DNA from: Lachnospiraceae bacterium
GTDB lineage: Bacteria; Bacillota; Bacilli; Lactobacillales; Streptococcaceae
NCBI GenBank assembly: GCA_963635745.1
Contig: CAVHFY010000003.1
Span: 8,850 to 72,849, forward strand
DNA: 64,000 nucleotides
Direction of reading: 5' to 3'
Positions 1-9,516 of this stretch are shown here, piece after piece; within the stretch, counting starts at the first letter, position 1; the number at the start of each line of letters is the position of its first letter. The notes below the pieces were generated by a model that made no database searches, was not told where the DNA came from, and saw nothing but the letters and a program-made list of their open reading frames with translations. A program made the translations under genes and the position numbers.

Positions 1-635
1 TGACTTTCACTATCAAAAGTACGAATACTGTCAAGTTCGTCTCCGAAAAATTCTAAACGATAGGGACTATCTGCTGTCACGGTGTAAATATCCAGAATAT
101 CACCACGGATGCTATACTCCCCAGGTGATAGAACTTGAGACACGCGCTCATAGCCCATGTTTACCAATTGTTCGCTTATTTTTGTTAAATCATACTCATC
201 CCCGACACAAAATTGAGCATGAGCCTGTGCGTAATTCTCAGGTGTTGGTAATAGGACACGTGTACCTGCAATGGTTACTAAGAGAACCCCTTGTGCTTCT
301 TGATTTTGCAAAAAATCAAGACTCTGCACCCGTGATAAGGCTCTATCCAAAGAAGCAAAAATAAACTCTGCTTGAGGCACGTCATCCGCAAAAAATTGGT
401 AAATGTTCTCTTCTCCCAAAAGAGCCACCAAATCACTGGATAAGCGCTCAAGTTCTCCTTGATTGGCACACACAACCACCAGCTTTCCACCAGTAGTTTG
501 AAAAGCACTAGCAATAGCAAGTGCTTTAGTTGTTCCAGAAATCCCCATTAAAAGCTGACGTTGTTGAGAAACCAAGCCCGACTGCCAGTTTGCGATTGCA
601 GTATTTTGTCCAAAAATATCAATAAGAGTTGTCAT
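1..635 (-). CDS. mfd: Transcription-repair coupling factor, 5' part (runs off the window)
   Basis: Manual translation from ATG at 635 (ATGA overlap with the pth stop): MTTLIDIFGQ...RQLLMGISGTTKALAIA...RGDILDIY...PYRLEFFGDELDSIRTFD, the UvrB-homology N-terminus of Mfd. pth-mfd order is conserved. Confidence 0.95.
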   Translation of the reverse strand, partial: MTTLIDIFGQNTAIANWQSGLVSQQRQLLMGISGTTKALAIASAFQTTGGKLVVVCANQGELERLSSDLVALLGEENIYQFFADDVPQAEFIFASLDRALSRVQSLDFLQNQEAQGVLLVTIAGTRVLLPTPENYAQAHAQFCVGDEYDLTKISEQLVNMGYERVSQVLSPGEYSIRGDILDIYTVTADSPYRLEFFGDELDSIRTFDSES

Positions 636-1201
636 AAACGATTTAATTCCTCTTGTAGCGACTTATAGTTTAGGCCTGAAAGCCACGCTTGCAAAAGCTT
701 CTGCGCTTTATCGTTTGATAGGTCTATGGTAATGGCATCATCTGTATCAAAAGCCCCTAAAACATGATTGACTACTTTCCCCACTTGAGGACGACCAATG
801 CCAATTTTCAACCGCAAAAACTCAGATTGTCCAGTTTCTGCTAGGATACTTTTGATGCCATTATGCCCACCTGCTGAACCTTTCTCACGCAGACGAAGTT
901 TACCAACTGCCATATCTAAATCATCATAGACGACTAAAAGATCATTTACGGTTAAACCATAGTAAGCCAAGAGGGATCTAACTGCCAAACCACTGGCATT
1001 CATAAAAGTTGTTGGTTTGACTACCAAAATTTTCTCTCCTTGATGAAAAACAGTTGCGATATCTGCCTTAAAGGTTGTATTACTGTGAAAACTTTCTCCT
1101 TGTTGGTGCACAAAACGATCAACTACCATAAACCCCACATTATGCCGAGTTTTTTCATATTTTTTTCCAGGGTTTCCAAGCCCCACTATCATCTTTGTCA
1201 T
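632..1201 (-). CDS. pth: Peptidyl-tRNA hydrolase
   Basis: IVGLGNPG..Y..TRHNVGF, KPTTFMN, YDDLD and GSAGGHNGIKS motifs. Confidence 0.98.
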   Translation of the reverse strand: MTKMIVGLGNPGKKYEKTRHNVGFMVVDRFVHQQGESFHSNTTFKADIATVFHQGEKILVVKPTTFMNASGLAVRSLLAYYGLTVNDLLVVYDDLDMAVGKLRLREKGSAGGHNGIKSILAETGQSEFLRLKIGIGRPQVGKVVNHVLGAFDTDDAITIDLSNDKAQKLLQAWLSGLNYKSLQEELNRL

Positions 1202-1246
1202 GCACTATTTCTCCTTACTTTTCTCAACGACTCATCCTTGGCTTGA

Positions 1247-1278
1247 AAAGAATCTGGGGCATATGCCCCAGATTCTTT
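1247..1278. terminator. Perfect 32-bp palindrome between ychF and pth; probable intrinsic terminator
   Basis: AAAGAATCTGGGGCAT|ATGCCCCAGATTCTTT directly after the ychF stop. Confidence 0.7.
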
Positions 1279-1285
1279 GTTAGGT

Positions 1286-2401
1286 TTAAACATTAAAACG
1301 AAATTCCATAATATCGCCATCTTGAACGATGTATTCTTTACCTTCTTCACGCAGACGACCAGCTTCCTTCACAGCTTTTTCACTACCATAAGTTACTAAG
1401 TCATCATATGACATAGTGACGGCGCGGATAAATCCTTTTTCAAAGTCTGAATGAATAATCCCAGCTGCTTGAGGAGCTTTCATGCCGCGTTTAAAGGTCC
1501 ATGCTCGAACTTCTTTTTCACCTGCTGTAAAATAAGTCCCTAATCCCAGTAAATGGTAGGCAGCGCGTGTGAGTTTGTCTACCCCAGATTCTGCCAATCC
1601 CATGGCTTCTAAAAATTCTTGCTTGTCTTCATCATCAAGTTCAGCAATTTCTTCTTCAGCGCGTGCAGAGATAACAACAACCTCAGCATTTTCAGTAGCG
1701 GCAAAGTCACGAATACTTCTCACATAATCAATCTCATCTGGATCCGCCACCTTGTCCTCATCGACATTAGCGACATAGAGGACAGGTTTTGTGGTCAGTA
1801 AGAACAATTGTTTGACAATAGCTTGTTCATCTTCGGTAAAATCAACTGTACGAGCTGATTTGCCATCTTCTAAGACAGGTTTAATTTTTTCTAAGACATG
1901 AAATTCAGCCAAAGAATCTTTATCTTTTTGTGTCCTTGCCATTTTTTCAACACGTGCATACCGCTTATTGACACTCTCTAAATCAGCCAAAATCAATTCT
2001 AAATTAATGGTATCAATATCAGCTAGAGGATCAACAAAGTCAGATTCACGCCCCTGCTCACGCATGACATTTTCATCATCAAATGCACGAACAACATGAA
2101 CAATCGCATCTACTTCACGAATATTTGCTAAAAATTTATTACCAAGTCCTTCCCCTTTGGAAGCTCCCTTAACAATCCCAGCAATATCTGTAAATTCAAA
2201 AGTTGTCGGAACTGTTTTTTTCGGTGTGATGATCTCGGTCAACTTCTCTAGACGAGCATCTGGAACCTCTACGACACCAACATTAGGTTCAATGGTGGCA
2301 AAAGGGTAATTAGCTGCTTCAGCTCCTGCCTTAGTAATTGCATTAAAAAGAGTGGACTTTCCAACGTTAGGTAGTCCAACAATACCAGCTGTTAAAGCCA
2401 T
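1286..2401 (-). CDS. ychF: Redox-regulated ATPase YchF
   Basis: [47 protein letters not shown]-terminal [11 protein letters not shown]. Confidence 0.98.
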   Translation of the reverse strand: MALTAGIVGLPNVGKSTLFNAITKAGAEAANYPFATIEPNVGVVEVPDARLEKLTEIITPKKTVPTTFEFTDIAGIVKGASKGEGLGNKFLANIREVDAIVHVVRAFDDENVMREQGRESDFVDPLADIDTINLELILADLESVNKRYARVEKMARTQKDKDSLAEFHVLEKIKPVLEDGKSARTVDFTEDEQAIVKQLFLLTTKPVLYVANVDEDKVADPDEIDYVRSIRDFAATENAEVVVISARAEEEIAELDDEDKQEFLEAMGLAESGVDKLTRAAYHLLGLGTYFTAGEKEVRAWTFKRGMKAPQAAGIIHSDFEKGFIRAVTMSYDDLVTYGSEKAVKEAGRLREEGKEYIVQDGDIMEFRFNV

Positions 2402-2461
2402 AACTTTCTCCGTTTCTTTGACTCTTATAGGACTGTCTGTTGTGCTGCTTCCCCCAGATGA

Positions 2462-2662
2462 CTAGGGTAGAATTTTTTTTAGTTTACGCTCAAAATCATG
2501 TCGGCTCATCATAACGATATGATTGCAATTGCTACAACGAATCTTGATGTCTGCTCCCATACGTATGATTTCCCAGTGATTAGCTTTTTTCCCTGTCGCT
2601 TTAATCGTACAAGCGTGAGATTTTTTCATTTCGACAAAACTGCCTAAATCATAGACTGGCAT
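2462..2662 (-). CDS. DUF951 (YyzM-like) small protein
   Basis: VEMKKSHAC...WEIIRMGADIKIRCSNC motif. Start moved to ATG 2662, which follows a GAGGA RBS. Confidence 0.9.
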   Translation of the reverse strand: MPVYDLGSFVEMKKSHACTIKATGKKANHWEIIRMGADIKIRCSNCNHIVMMSRHDFERKLKKILP

Positions 2663-2725
2663 AGTTTTCCTCATTTCCACCAGATATAGGTATTATCCCA
2701 AAAATCAGGCTATCTGGCACTTATT

Positions 2726-3865
2726 TTAACCGTTTGTTCGCACTGGTGTGATCAATTGAATGAAATCTTCTTCTTGTCCAGCAGGAACTAAGGTAAATGG
2801 GCGCAGAGCTGATAAAAATTTGATGCTTACTTCATCTGATTTGAGTGCTTTAAGCGCATCAATGAGATAACTAGGATTAAAACTAATGGTTAAATCAACA
2901 CCTTTTAGACTTTGGGTATCAATGTCCTCATTAACTTTTCCCACTTCTGGAGAATTAACGTGAGCACTCACCTGACCTGAGACAATCTCAAGTTTTACAG
3001 TTCCATTTTGGCTAGCATTGGAAACCAATTGTGCCCTTTGCATGGCATGCAACAAGGTCTGTGTTTTAAAGACCACTTCTGTTTCAAATGCCTTTGATAA
3101 TAAGCGGTCTGTATCTGGGTAATTTCCTTCCAAGAGACGTGAATAAAAGCTAATGTGTTCACTACGAAAAAGAATTTGACTTGTCGATAAGAAAACTTCA
3201 ACGTGTTCAATTTGTTCTGTAAAAACAGCTGAAAACTCGCGTAATGAACGACTTGGAATGACAACATCAAAATTATCAGAGATATCATCTAATTCTAATT
3301 GCCGTTGACTCAAACGATGAGAGTCTGTCGCTACTGCCTTAAAGGTTTTTTGATCAGATAAGACAAAGTGAACTCCTGTCAAGATGGGACGACTTTCTTG
3401 TGTACTTGCTGCAAAGGCTGTTTCAGCAATCACTTCTTTTAGGACACGCGTTTCCAAAATTAATGGTTGAGCGGTTGCCATTTCTTGTAAACGAGGATAT
3501 TGATCAGCATCTTTTCCCTTTAAGGTAATTTCTGATTTTCCACTTGTAAGCACAACCTGATTTTGTTCAATTTCAGTAAAATTCATTGTCACATCAGGCA
3601 AACTAGAGACGACATTGATAAAGAAATTTGCCTCTAATAGAATACTTCCACTTTGTTCAACAAAAAGTCCTGCATCTTCTTGGCTAGTTAAAATAGTATT
3701 TTCAATAGAGATTTGTCCATTAGAGCCTGTTAGGGTGAGACTATCTTGTTTTACATCCAATTTGATTGTCGACAAAATAGGAATTGCGTTTTTTGTACTG
3801 ATTGCACGTTTGGTTGTATTTAGAGCTTGTAAAAAGAAAGCTTTATTGATAGCGAATTGAATCAT
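2726..3865 (-). CDS. dnaN: DNA polymerase III beta sliding clamp
   Basis: SRPILTGV, ATDSHRL, SRLLEGNYPDT, QLITPVRT; lies next to dnaA. Confidence 0.98.
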   Translation of the reverse strand: MIQFAINKAFFLQALNTTKRAISTKNAIPILSTIKLDVKQDSLTLTGSNGQISIENTILTSQEDAGLFVEQSGSILLEANFFINVVSSLPDVTMNFTEIEQNQVVLTSGKSEITLKGKDADQYPRLQEMATAQPLILETRVLKEVIAETAFAASTQESRPILTGVHFVLSDQKTFKAVATDSHRLSQRQLELDDISDNFDVVIPSRSLREFSAVFTEQIEHVEVFLSTSQILFRSEHISFYSRLLEGNYPDTDRLLSKAFETEVVFKTQTLLHAMQRAQLVSNASQNGTVKLEIVSGQVSAHVNSPEVGKVNEDIDTQSLKGVDLTISFNPSYLIDALKALKSDEVSIKFLSALRPFTLVPAGQEEDFIQLITPVRTNG

Positions 3866-3880
3866 GAGAACTCCTTTGCT

Positions 3881-4025
3881 TTATTTTTATATATTATATA
3901 TAAATAGTAATAGTAGTAGGGGCTGTGTAAGTTGAGGAAAACAGAGGTAAAGCCTTGTAGTTCTAAGAGAGAAGCCTGTGGATAGCTTGTGGAAAACTTT
4001 GTAACTTTATCTTTGTTTATCCACA
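3881..4025 (-). other. oriC, dnaA-dnaN intergenic part: DnaA boxes plus basal unwinding system (DnaA-trios and AT-rich DUE)
   Basis: Boxes TTATCCACA 4017-4025, TGTGGAAAA 3988-3996 and TGTGGATAG 3977-3985. The minus strand then reads TTTTCCTCA-ACTTACACA-GCCC-CTACTACTATTACTA-TTTATATAATATATAAAAA, the Bacillus-type box-box-GC-trio-AT-rich layout. Confidence 0.92.
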
Positions 4026-4027
4026 AG

Positions 4028-5440
4028 TTAACGGATATTGTCTTTGATGGTGGCTAGCTCAACTTGTAAGTTTTCATCATTAGTCAATGCTTTTTGAATT
4101 TTATGGTAGGCATGAAGTACGGTAGAATGATCGCGTCCGCCAAATTCTTTACCAATTTTTGGAAGTGAATTGTCCGTTAGTTCACGAGCCAGGTACATGG
4201 CAATTTGTCGAGCAAAGACGACTGACTGGGTACGTTTAGTACCGATAATTTGTTCTAAACTAACACCATAAAACTGGCCAACTTGTTTTTGGATATCCTT
4301 GATTGAAATAACTTTTTTGGCAGCATGTTCGGACTCTTGCGAGCGAATAGCTCCTGCGACTAGGTCAACTGTAATGGTATGTACCTGTTGGACTGAGGCA
4401 ACCAGACTAATCTTTTTTAAGGCACCTTCTAGGTCTCGGACATTGTTATCAAACTGTCTGGCAATATAGTTAATCGTTTCTTGTGGGAAATCGTAGGGGT
4501 AGTCACGCACTTTACTTGTTAAAATAGCCACGCGCATTTCATAGTTTGGCGGTGTAATCTCTACGGTTAATCCCCAGTTAAAACGTGAAACCAGGCGCTC
4601 CTCCATACCATTGAGTTCGTTTGGATTACGGTCACTGGTCAGTACAATTTGTTTTTCAGTGTCATGCAACGCATTAAAGGTATTAAAGAATTCCTCTTGC
4701 ATAGTCCCTTTTTTAGCTAACAACTGAATATCATCGATCAAGAGGACATCGACTTCACGGTATTTTTGTTTGAAAGTCTCCATCGAGTTCCGTCCGGTTG
4801 TATTAAGACTCATATGCTTAATCATATCGTTGATGAAGTCTTCAGAGGTCACATACAAAATGCGAGCCTGAGGATTTTCTTCCTGAATAGCATTGCCAAT
4901 AGCTGTAATAAGGTGTGTTTTTCCTAAGCCGGAACCACCGTGAATAAACAGGGGATTGTAAATCTTTCCAGGTGTGTTTGCGACAGCTATTGCCGCGGCA
5001 ACCGCCCACTGGTTTCCCTCACCTTTGACAAAATTTGAAAATTGGTACTTGCTATTTAGAGTATTTGGTAAGTTAACGAGAGCAGGTATTGATACTTGTT
5101 GATTTGATGCCACTTCTGCCTTTTCTCGATAGGTTTCTCGTGTAGGAGTACTTTCGTAAGTTTCTTGTTGAACAAAATGTCGCGGGTTATCTTCTCCAAA
5201 TTCGTAGGTAATATGTAGCTGTTGTTCAAAAATTTCAAAGCCCGCTGTAATCACAATATCTTCAAGATTTTGTTCCCAAAATAGGCGTTTCATTTTAGAG
5301 GTTAAAAATATGGTCACGCTATTTTTTGAAACACCAACGAGCTGGCTATCTCCAACATAAAATTCGTAAGTAGTTTGCTTGAGACGTTCTTTTGAAAGCA
5401 CTAGGACACGGTTCCAAAAAAGTTGTTCATTTTCGGTCAT
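4028..5440 (-). CDS. dnaA: Chromosomal replication initiator
   Basis: [32 protein letters not shown]. Start at ATG 5440 (MTENEQ) after a TAGGAG RBS. Confidence 0.99.
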   Translation of the reverse strand: MTENEQLFWNRVLVLSKERLKQTTYEFYVGDSQLVGVSKNSVTIFLTSKMKRLFWEQNLEDIVITAGFEIFEQQLHITYEFGEDNPRHFVQQETYESTPTRETYREKAEVASNQQVSIPALVNLPNTLNSKYQFSNFVKGEGNQWAVAAAIAVANTPGKIYNPLFIHGGSGLGKTHLITAIGNAIQEENPQARILYVTSEDFINDMIKHMSLNTTGRNSMETFKQKYREVDVLLIDDIQLLAKKGTMQEEFFNTFNALHDTEKQIVLTSDRNPNELNGMEERLVSRFNWGLTVEITPPNYEMRVAILTSKVRDYPYDFPQETINYIARQFDNNVRDLEGALKKISLVASVQQVHTITVDLVAGAIRSQESEHAAKKVISIKDIQKQVGQFYGVSLEQIIGTKRTQSVVFARQIAMYLARELTDNSLPKIGKEFGGRDHSTVLHAYHKIQKALTNDENLQVELATIKDNIR

Positions 5441-5488
5441 AAGAATTCTCCTAGTTAAGTCACTATATTCTAGCACAATTCAAAAAAG

Positions 5489-5681
5489 TTTTCCACAGGT
5501 CCTTTTAGAAAAAACTTACCCACAGGCATAAAAAAAATCCACAGTGTGGATTTAAGTTTTCCACAGGTTGTGGAAAAAAGGTGAATACTTGGGGATTAAA
5601 GGCTTTTCGCCTGTGAATTTCCTGTTAAAATAGATGTTGATGTGAAAAGTTATCCTCATTCTGATTTAAAACTGTGGATAA
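5489..5681. promoter_or_regulatory. oriC, upstream-of-dnaA DnaA-box cluster
   Basis: TTTTCCACA 5489, TTACCCACA 5516, AAATCCACA 5535, TGTGGATTT 5545, TTTTCCACA 5557, TGTGGAAAA 5569, TTATCCTCA 5650, TGTGGATAA 5673. Confidence 0.9.
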
Positions 5682-6441
5682 GTTGATCAAACTCTTCTAA
5701 GTTATTAAAAGGTATGATAACCTTACCTTTCCCTTTTTTTTCCTGAAACTCAATGGTGACAGCTAGACCCAATTTTTGTTTGAGCCACTCTTCTTGGGTC
5801 TTGACGTCAGCATTTTTTTCTGGATTGACTTTTGGCAGGTGAGAGCGACTGGTTTGTTTGAGGAGTATTTCGAGTTGACGTACGCTGAGGGACTCTTTTA
5901 AAATACGTTCAAGCCAGTAATATTGTGTATTTTGTGAGAGACCAATGAGAAGTCGGCCATGGCCGGCACTTATTTTACCTTCTATCAAAGCAGTTTGTAG
6001 GTCTTTTGAGAGTTGCAAGAGTCGTAAACTGTTGGTCACATAGGGTCTTGATTTTCCTATAGTTTTTGCGACGCTTTCATGAGTGGCGCCCACTTGTGCG
6101 AGAAGATTTTCAATGGCAAGGGCTTCTTCAATTGGATTTAGGTCCGAACGTTGAATGTTTTCTACAAGTGCTTGGTTACGACTTTCTTGGTCAGAAATCG
6201 GTCGAATGATGGCTTTGATTTCAGTCATTCCAGCCAGTTGACTTGCTCTTAGTCGCCTTTCTCCAGCAATGAGTTCGTAACCTGAGATTGGAGATTCTCT
6301 CACAATGATGGGTTGAATCAGACCATTTTTACTGATGGAGGTAGAAAGGTCGATTAAAGCATCCTGATCAAATTGGAGACGTGGTTGGTAAGGATTGGTG
6401 TGAATTTGTTCAATAGGGATGATGGCAAAACGTTCAGACAT
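5656..6441 (-). CDS. parB: Chromosome partitioning protein ParB/Spo0J
   Basis: NPYQPR, YELIAGERRLRA, ENIQRSDLNPIEEA, HTH GKSRPYVTNSLRLL. Confidence 0.97.
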   Translation of the reverse strand: MSERFAIIPIEQIHTNPYQPRLQFDQDALIDLSTSISKNGLIQPIIVRESPISGYELIAGERRLRASQLAGMTEIKAIIRPISDQESRNQALVENIQRSDLNPIEEALAIENLLAQVGATHESVAKTIGKSRPYVTNSLRLLQLSKDLQTALIEGKISAGHGRLLIGLSQNTQYYWLERILKESLSVRQLEILLKQTSRSHLPKVNPEKNADVKTQEEWLKQKLGLAVTIEFQEKKGKGKVIIPFNNLEEFDQLIHSFKSE

Positions 6442-6480
6442 AGGTTACCTCATTGTTACTTAGAATAGTTAACATACAAA

Positions 6481-6510
6481 AATAGGAATCGATGGATGTC
6501 GATTCCTATT
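6481..6510 (-). terminator. Hairpin between htrA and parB
   Basis: AATAGGAATCGA-tggatg-TCGATTCCTATT, followed by a T-run on the minus strand. Confidence 0.6.
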
Positions 6511-6529
6511 ATACTCTATTGAGCAGAGA

Positions 6530-7777
6530 TTAACTGCTTGCTGATGTCGATAAATCTGTACTTGATTTAGACAAGGTAATTTCAGTTGTTTTTTTATCGC
6601 CATTACGATAGAAAGTCACAGTGATTTTGTCATTTATTGCGTGGCTATACAAAGCGTTTTGCAATTCACTGGTAGATGAAATATCTTTGTCATCTAATTT
6701 TGTTATCACATCGTATTGTTGAAGTTTACCATCTGCAGGCATACCTGTTTGAATAGATGACACGACGACACCTTTATCAACATCACTAGGAAGATTCAGT
6801 TGTTTCTTGGCACTAGAAGACAAGGTACTAAGGTCAACCATGGATACGCCTAAGGCAGGACGTTCAATTTTTCCATTTTTTTCAAGTTGGTTGATAATCG
6901 TAACGACATCGTTTGAAGGAATGGCAAATCCCATACCTTCGACAGATTCACCAGATGAGGTACCAGTTGTTGAGATTTTACTTGACGTAATTCCGATAAC
7001 TTGTCCCTCGGTATTGATAAGTGGTCCTCCAGAGTTCCCTGGGTTGATAGCCGCATCTGTCTGAATCGCATTAGTTGAAATTGTTGAACCATCTTCACTA
7101 GTTAAGGTCACTGTTCGACTGAGACTAGATATAATCCCTTTTGTTACTGAGTTGGCATACTCAGTTCCCAATGGGCTACCAATAGCGATAGCATCCTCAC
7201 CGACTTTTACTTTAGAAGAGTCTCCAAAGTCAGCGACGGTGGTCACTTTCTTACTAGAAATCTTTACCACAGCGATATCAGAGTAAGTGTCTGCACCAAC
7301 CAACTCTCCATCAACTTCACTACCATCAGCCATTTGAATTTTGATTTCAGAAGCACCATTGATAACGTGTGTATTGGTGACGAGATAGGCAGAGTCGCCA
7401 TCTTTTTTGTAAATAACTCCAGAGCCCTCACTGTACAGAGTCAAACCATCATTATCAGAGGAGGAAGCACTGTTAGTGTCGTCATTACCAAAGATTTGGC
7501 TGTAGATACTACCAGAACTAGATGACGACGCCTGTTGGTAATTTAATACCGAAACCACTGAATTTTGAACAGTTTTTATAGCATTAGTGGTTGACGTTGT
7601 GTTGTTGTAGACTGTCTTACTAACAGTTGTTTTACCTTTGGAAACGGAGATTCCATTCAGATTTAGTGTCAGATAACTGCCTCCAATTCCTGCCAAAAAA
7701 GCAAGAAAAATAATTAAAAACGCAGCTAAAATTTTTTTAACGGTTGTTGCCGAAAAACGTTTCGGGTTGTTGTTCAT
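6530..7777 (-). CDS. htrA: Serine protease/chaperone HtrA
   Basis: N-terminal TM helix, TNTHV, DIAV, TDAAINPGNSGGPL, C-terminal PDZ domain. Confidence 0.97.
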   Translation of the reverse strand: MNNNPKRFSATTVKKILAAFLIIFLAFLAGIGGSYLTLNLNGISVSKGKTTVSKTVYNNTTSTTNAIKTVQNSVVSVLNYQQASSSSSGSIYSQIFGNDDTNSASSSDNDGLTLYSEGSGVIYKKDGDSAYLVTNTHVINGASEIKIQMADGSEVDGELVGADTYSDIAVVKISSKKVTTVADFGDSSKVKVGEDAIAIGSPLGTEYANSVTKGIISSLSRTVTLTSEDGSTISTNAIQTDAAINPGNSGGPLINTEGQVIGITSSKISTTGTSSGESVEGMGFAIPSNDVVTIINQLEKNGKIERPALGVSMVDLSTLSSSAKKQLNLPSDVDKGVVVSSIQTGMPADGKLQQYDVITKLDDKDISSTSELQNALYSHAINDKITVTFYRNGDKKTTEITLSKSSTDLSTSASS

Positions 7778-7799
7778 AAAATTCCTCCATACTAGCTTG

Positions 7800-7851
7800 A
7801 TTTTACTGATGTTCTCTTAATTATAGCTTAATAGCTTATCCCTGTCTTAAA
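7800..7851 (-). promoter_or_regulatory. CiaR-dependent htrA promoter
   Basis: Minus strand ATTAAG-ctata-ATTAAG (7832-7816), then 10 nt, then -10 TAAAAT (7805-7800). This matches the CiaR NTTAAG-n5-(T/A)TTAAG geometry. A second repeat TTTAAG-acagg-GATAAG lies at 7851-7835. Confidence 0.8.
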
Positions 7852-7870
7852 AAATGCTATACTTATGTGT

Positions 7871-8350
7871 ATGAAAGTCAAATTGATAACAGTTGGTAAA
7901 CTAAAAGAAACTTATCTCAGGTCAGCCGTTGCAGAATATAGTAAGCGTTTGGGACGTTTTGCGAAAATTGAAACTATCTCCTTGGCTGATGAGAAGACGC
8001 CTGATAGGGCTAGTGAAGCAGAAAACCAGCAGATTATAGAAAAAGAAGGGCAACGTATTTTACAAAAAATCGGGGAACGTGATTACGTGATTGCATTAGC
8101 TATTGAAGGAAAGATGCTATCTTCAGAAGAATTAGCCCAAAAAATTCATCACCTCACCTTGTCTGGACATTCGACATTGGCATTTATTATTGGGGGTAGT
8201 CTGGGATTATCACCTGCAGTTAAACAACGTGCACAACTCTTACTGAGTTTTTCACCTATGACCTTTCCACACCAGCTCATGCGCGTGATATTATTGGAAC
8301 AAATCTATCGTGCCTTTATGATAAATGAAGGTAGCCCCTACCACAAGTAA
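7871..8350 (+). CDS. rlmH: 23S rRNA m3-pseudouridine-1915 methyltransferase
   Basis: [40 protein letters not shown]. Start ATG 7871 lies 7 nt after TGcTATACT. Confidence 0.97.
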   Translation: MKVKLITVGKLKETYLRSAVAEYSKRLGRFAKIETISLADEKTPDRASEAENQQIIEKEGQRILQKIGERDYVIALAIEGKMLSSEELAQKIHHLTLSGHSTLAFIIGGSLGLSPAVKQRAQLLLSFSPMTFPHQLMRVILLEQIYRAFMINEGSPYHK

Positions 8351-8360
8351 GGATACTGAT

Positions 8361-9068
8361 ATGTTGTCATGGCTAACTATTGAAAAAGATTATCGTATCT
8401 TTGAAGGATTTCGAACGGCACTGACTTTAACCTTTGTTAGTGGTTTTATCGATGCTTATACTTACATGATGCAAGATCATAGCTTTGCAGGCATGCAAAC
8501 AGGGAATGTCATTTATATGATAGTTCATTTTGCTTCAAATGAATGGCAACAAGGGCTATTATATATTCTCCCTATTCTTGTTTTCATGATTGGTCAGGTT
8601 TTTATTTATATTTTACGAAAGATGGGCAGGCATTTTGCCTTTCATTGGCATATTGTCAGTGGTCAGATACTCTTACTTCTTTTAATCATCACCAGCTTGA
8701 TTGCTCCCTTTTATCCGAATAGTCATTTACCTATTATCGTTCTTTCTTTTTACGCATCTGTTCAACTGGAAACCTTTAAAAAGATTAGGGGAATGCCTTA
8801 TACTGGTATTATGATGACGGGTAATATTCGTGTTTTATCTGCTTTGTTATGTCAATGGGTAGATAGTCGGGACAAACATTTGCTAGAAAAGTCAAGAAAT
8901 GTCTTGCTTATCATCGTGGCCTTTATGGTAGGAATTGCTGTAGCGACCTGTTCTATTCCTTATTTAGGCAGGTGGACTCTGTGTCTTACCATAATCCCAG
9001 TAGCTTTTGTCAATTTGTTATTATTAGCGGAACTTTTAACGAAACGTAGGTTAGAAAGTAATAGATAA
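8361..9068 (+). CDS. YoaK/DUF1275 family membrane protein
   Basis: LTFVSGFIDAY..FAGMQTGN and a second MMTGN repeat. Start ATG 8361 after AAGGA. Confidence 0.88.
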   Translation: MLSWLTIEKDYRIFEGFRTALTLTFVSGFIDAYTYMMQDHSFAGMQTGNVIYMIVHFASNEWQQGLLYILPILVFMIGQVFIYILRKMGRHFAFHWHIVSGQILLLLLIITSLIAPFYPNSHLPIIVLSFYASVQLETFKKIRGMPYTGIMMTGNIRVLSALLCQWVDSRDKHLLEKSRNVLLIIVAFMVGIAVATCSIPYLGRWTLCLTIIPVAFVNLLLLAELLTKRRLESNR

Positions 9069-9121
9069 GAGTGATGAGAAATAAGCATTTCTGGAGTTCA
9101 GACTGAAATAGTTAATTAAAT

Positions 9122-9154
9122 AAAAACGTCTAGGAGTCATTCCTAGACGTTTTT
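9122..9154. terminator. Bidirectional terminator
   Basis: AAAAACGTCTAGGA-gtcat-TCCTAGACGTTTTT between the convergent YoaK gene and tRNA-Arg. Confidence 0.85.
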
Positions 9155-9227
9155 GATCCCAGCAGGATTCGAACCTGCGACCGTTCGCTTAGAAGGCGAA
9201 TGCTCTATCCAGCTGAGCTATGGGACC
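9154..9227 (-). tRNA. tRNA-Arg(UCU)
   Basis: GGTCCCATAGCTCAGCTGGATAGAGCA-TTCGC-CTTCTAA-GCGAA-CGGTCGCAGGTTCGAATCCTGCTGGGATCA; CCA not encoded. Confidence 0.97.
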
Positions 9228-9326
9228 ATCCCTCTCATTTTAACAAAAGACGTTAAGAGGGTCAATAGCAAAAAAATATAAAAAAGACTAGACAAACAAA
9301 TTATTTTCGGTATAATGAAACTACTT

Positions 9327-9398
9327 GGTCCGTTGGTCAAGGGGTTAAGACACCGCCTTTTCACGGCGGTAACACGGGTTCGAATCCCGTACGGACTA
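9327..9398 (+). tRNA. tRNA-Glu(UUC)
   Basis: Cloverleaf with anticodon arm CCGCC-TTTTCAC-GGCGG and T-loop GGTTCGAATCC. Confidence 0.97.
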
Positions 9399-9403
9399 TA
9401 TTA

Positions 9404-9477
9404 TCCGCCATAGCTCAGTTGGTAGTAGCGCATGACTGTTAATCATGATGTCGTAGGTTCGAGTCCTACTGGCGGAG
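9404..9477 (+). tRNA. tRNA-Asn(GUU)
   Basis: Anticodon arm CATGA-CTGTTAA-TCATG and T-loop GGTTCGAGTCC. Confidence 0.97.
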
Positions 9478-9482
9478 TTATT

Positions 9483-9516
9483 AATAAAAAGACAGCCCTA
9501 GGGCTGTCTTTTTATT
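9483..9516. terminator. Bidirectional terminator (perfect 34-bp palindrome)
   Basis: AATAAAAAGACAGCCCT|AGGGCTGTCTTTTTATT between the tRNAs and the yfhO stop. Confidence 0.85.

Noticed and set aside
19..26. TACGAATA inside mfd
   Set aside because: Antisense within a CDS with no downstream gene; probably chance.
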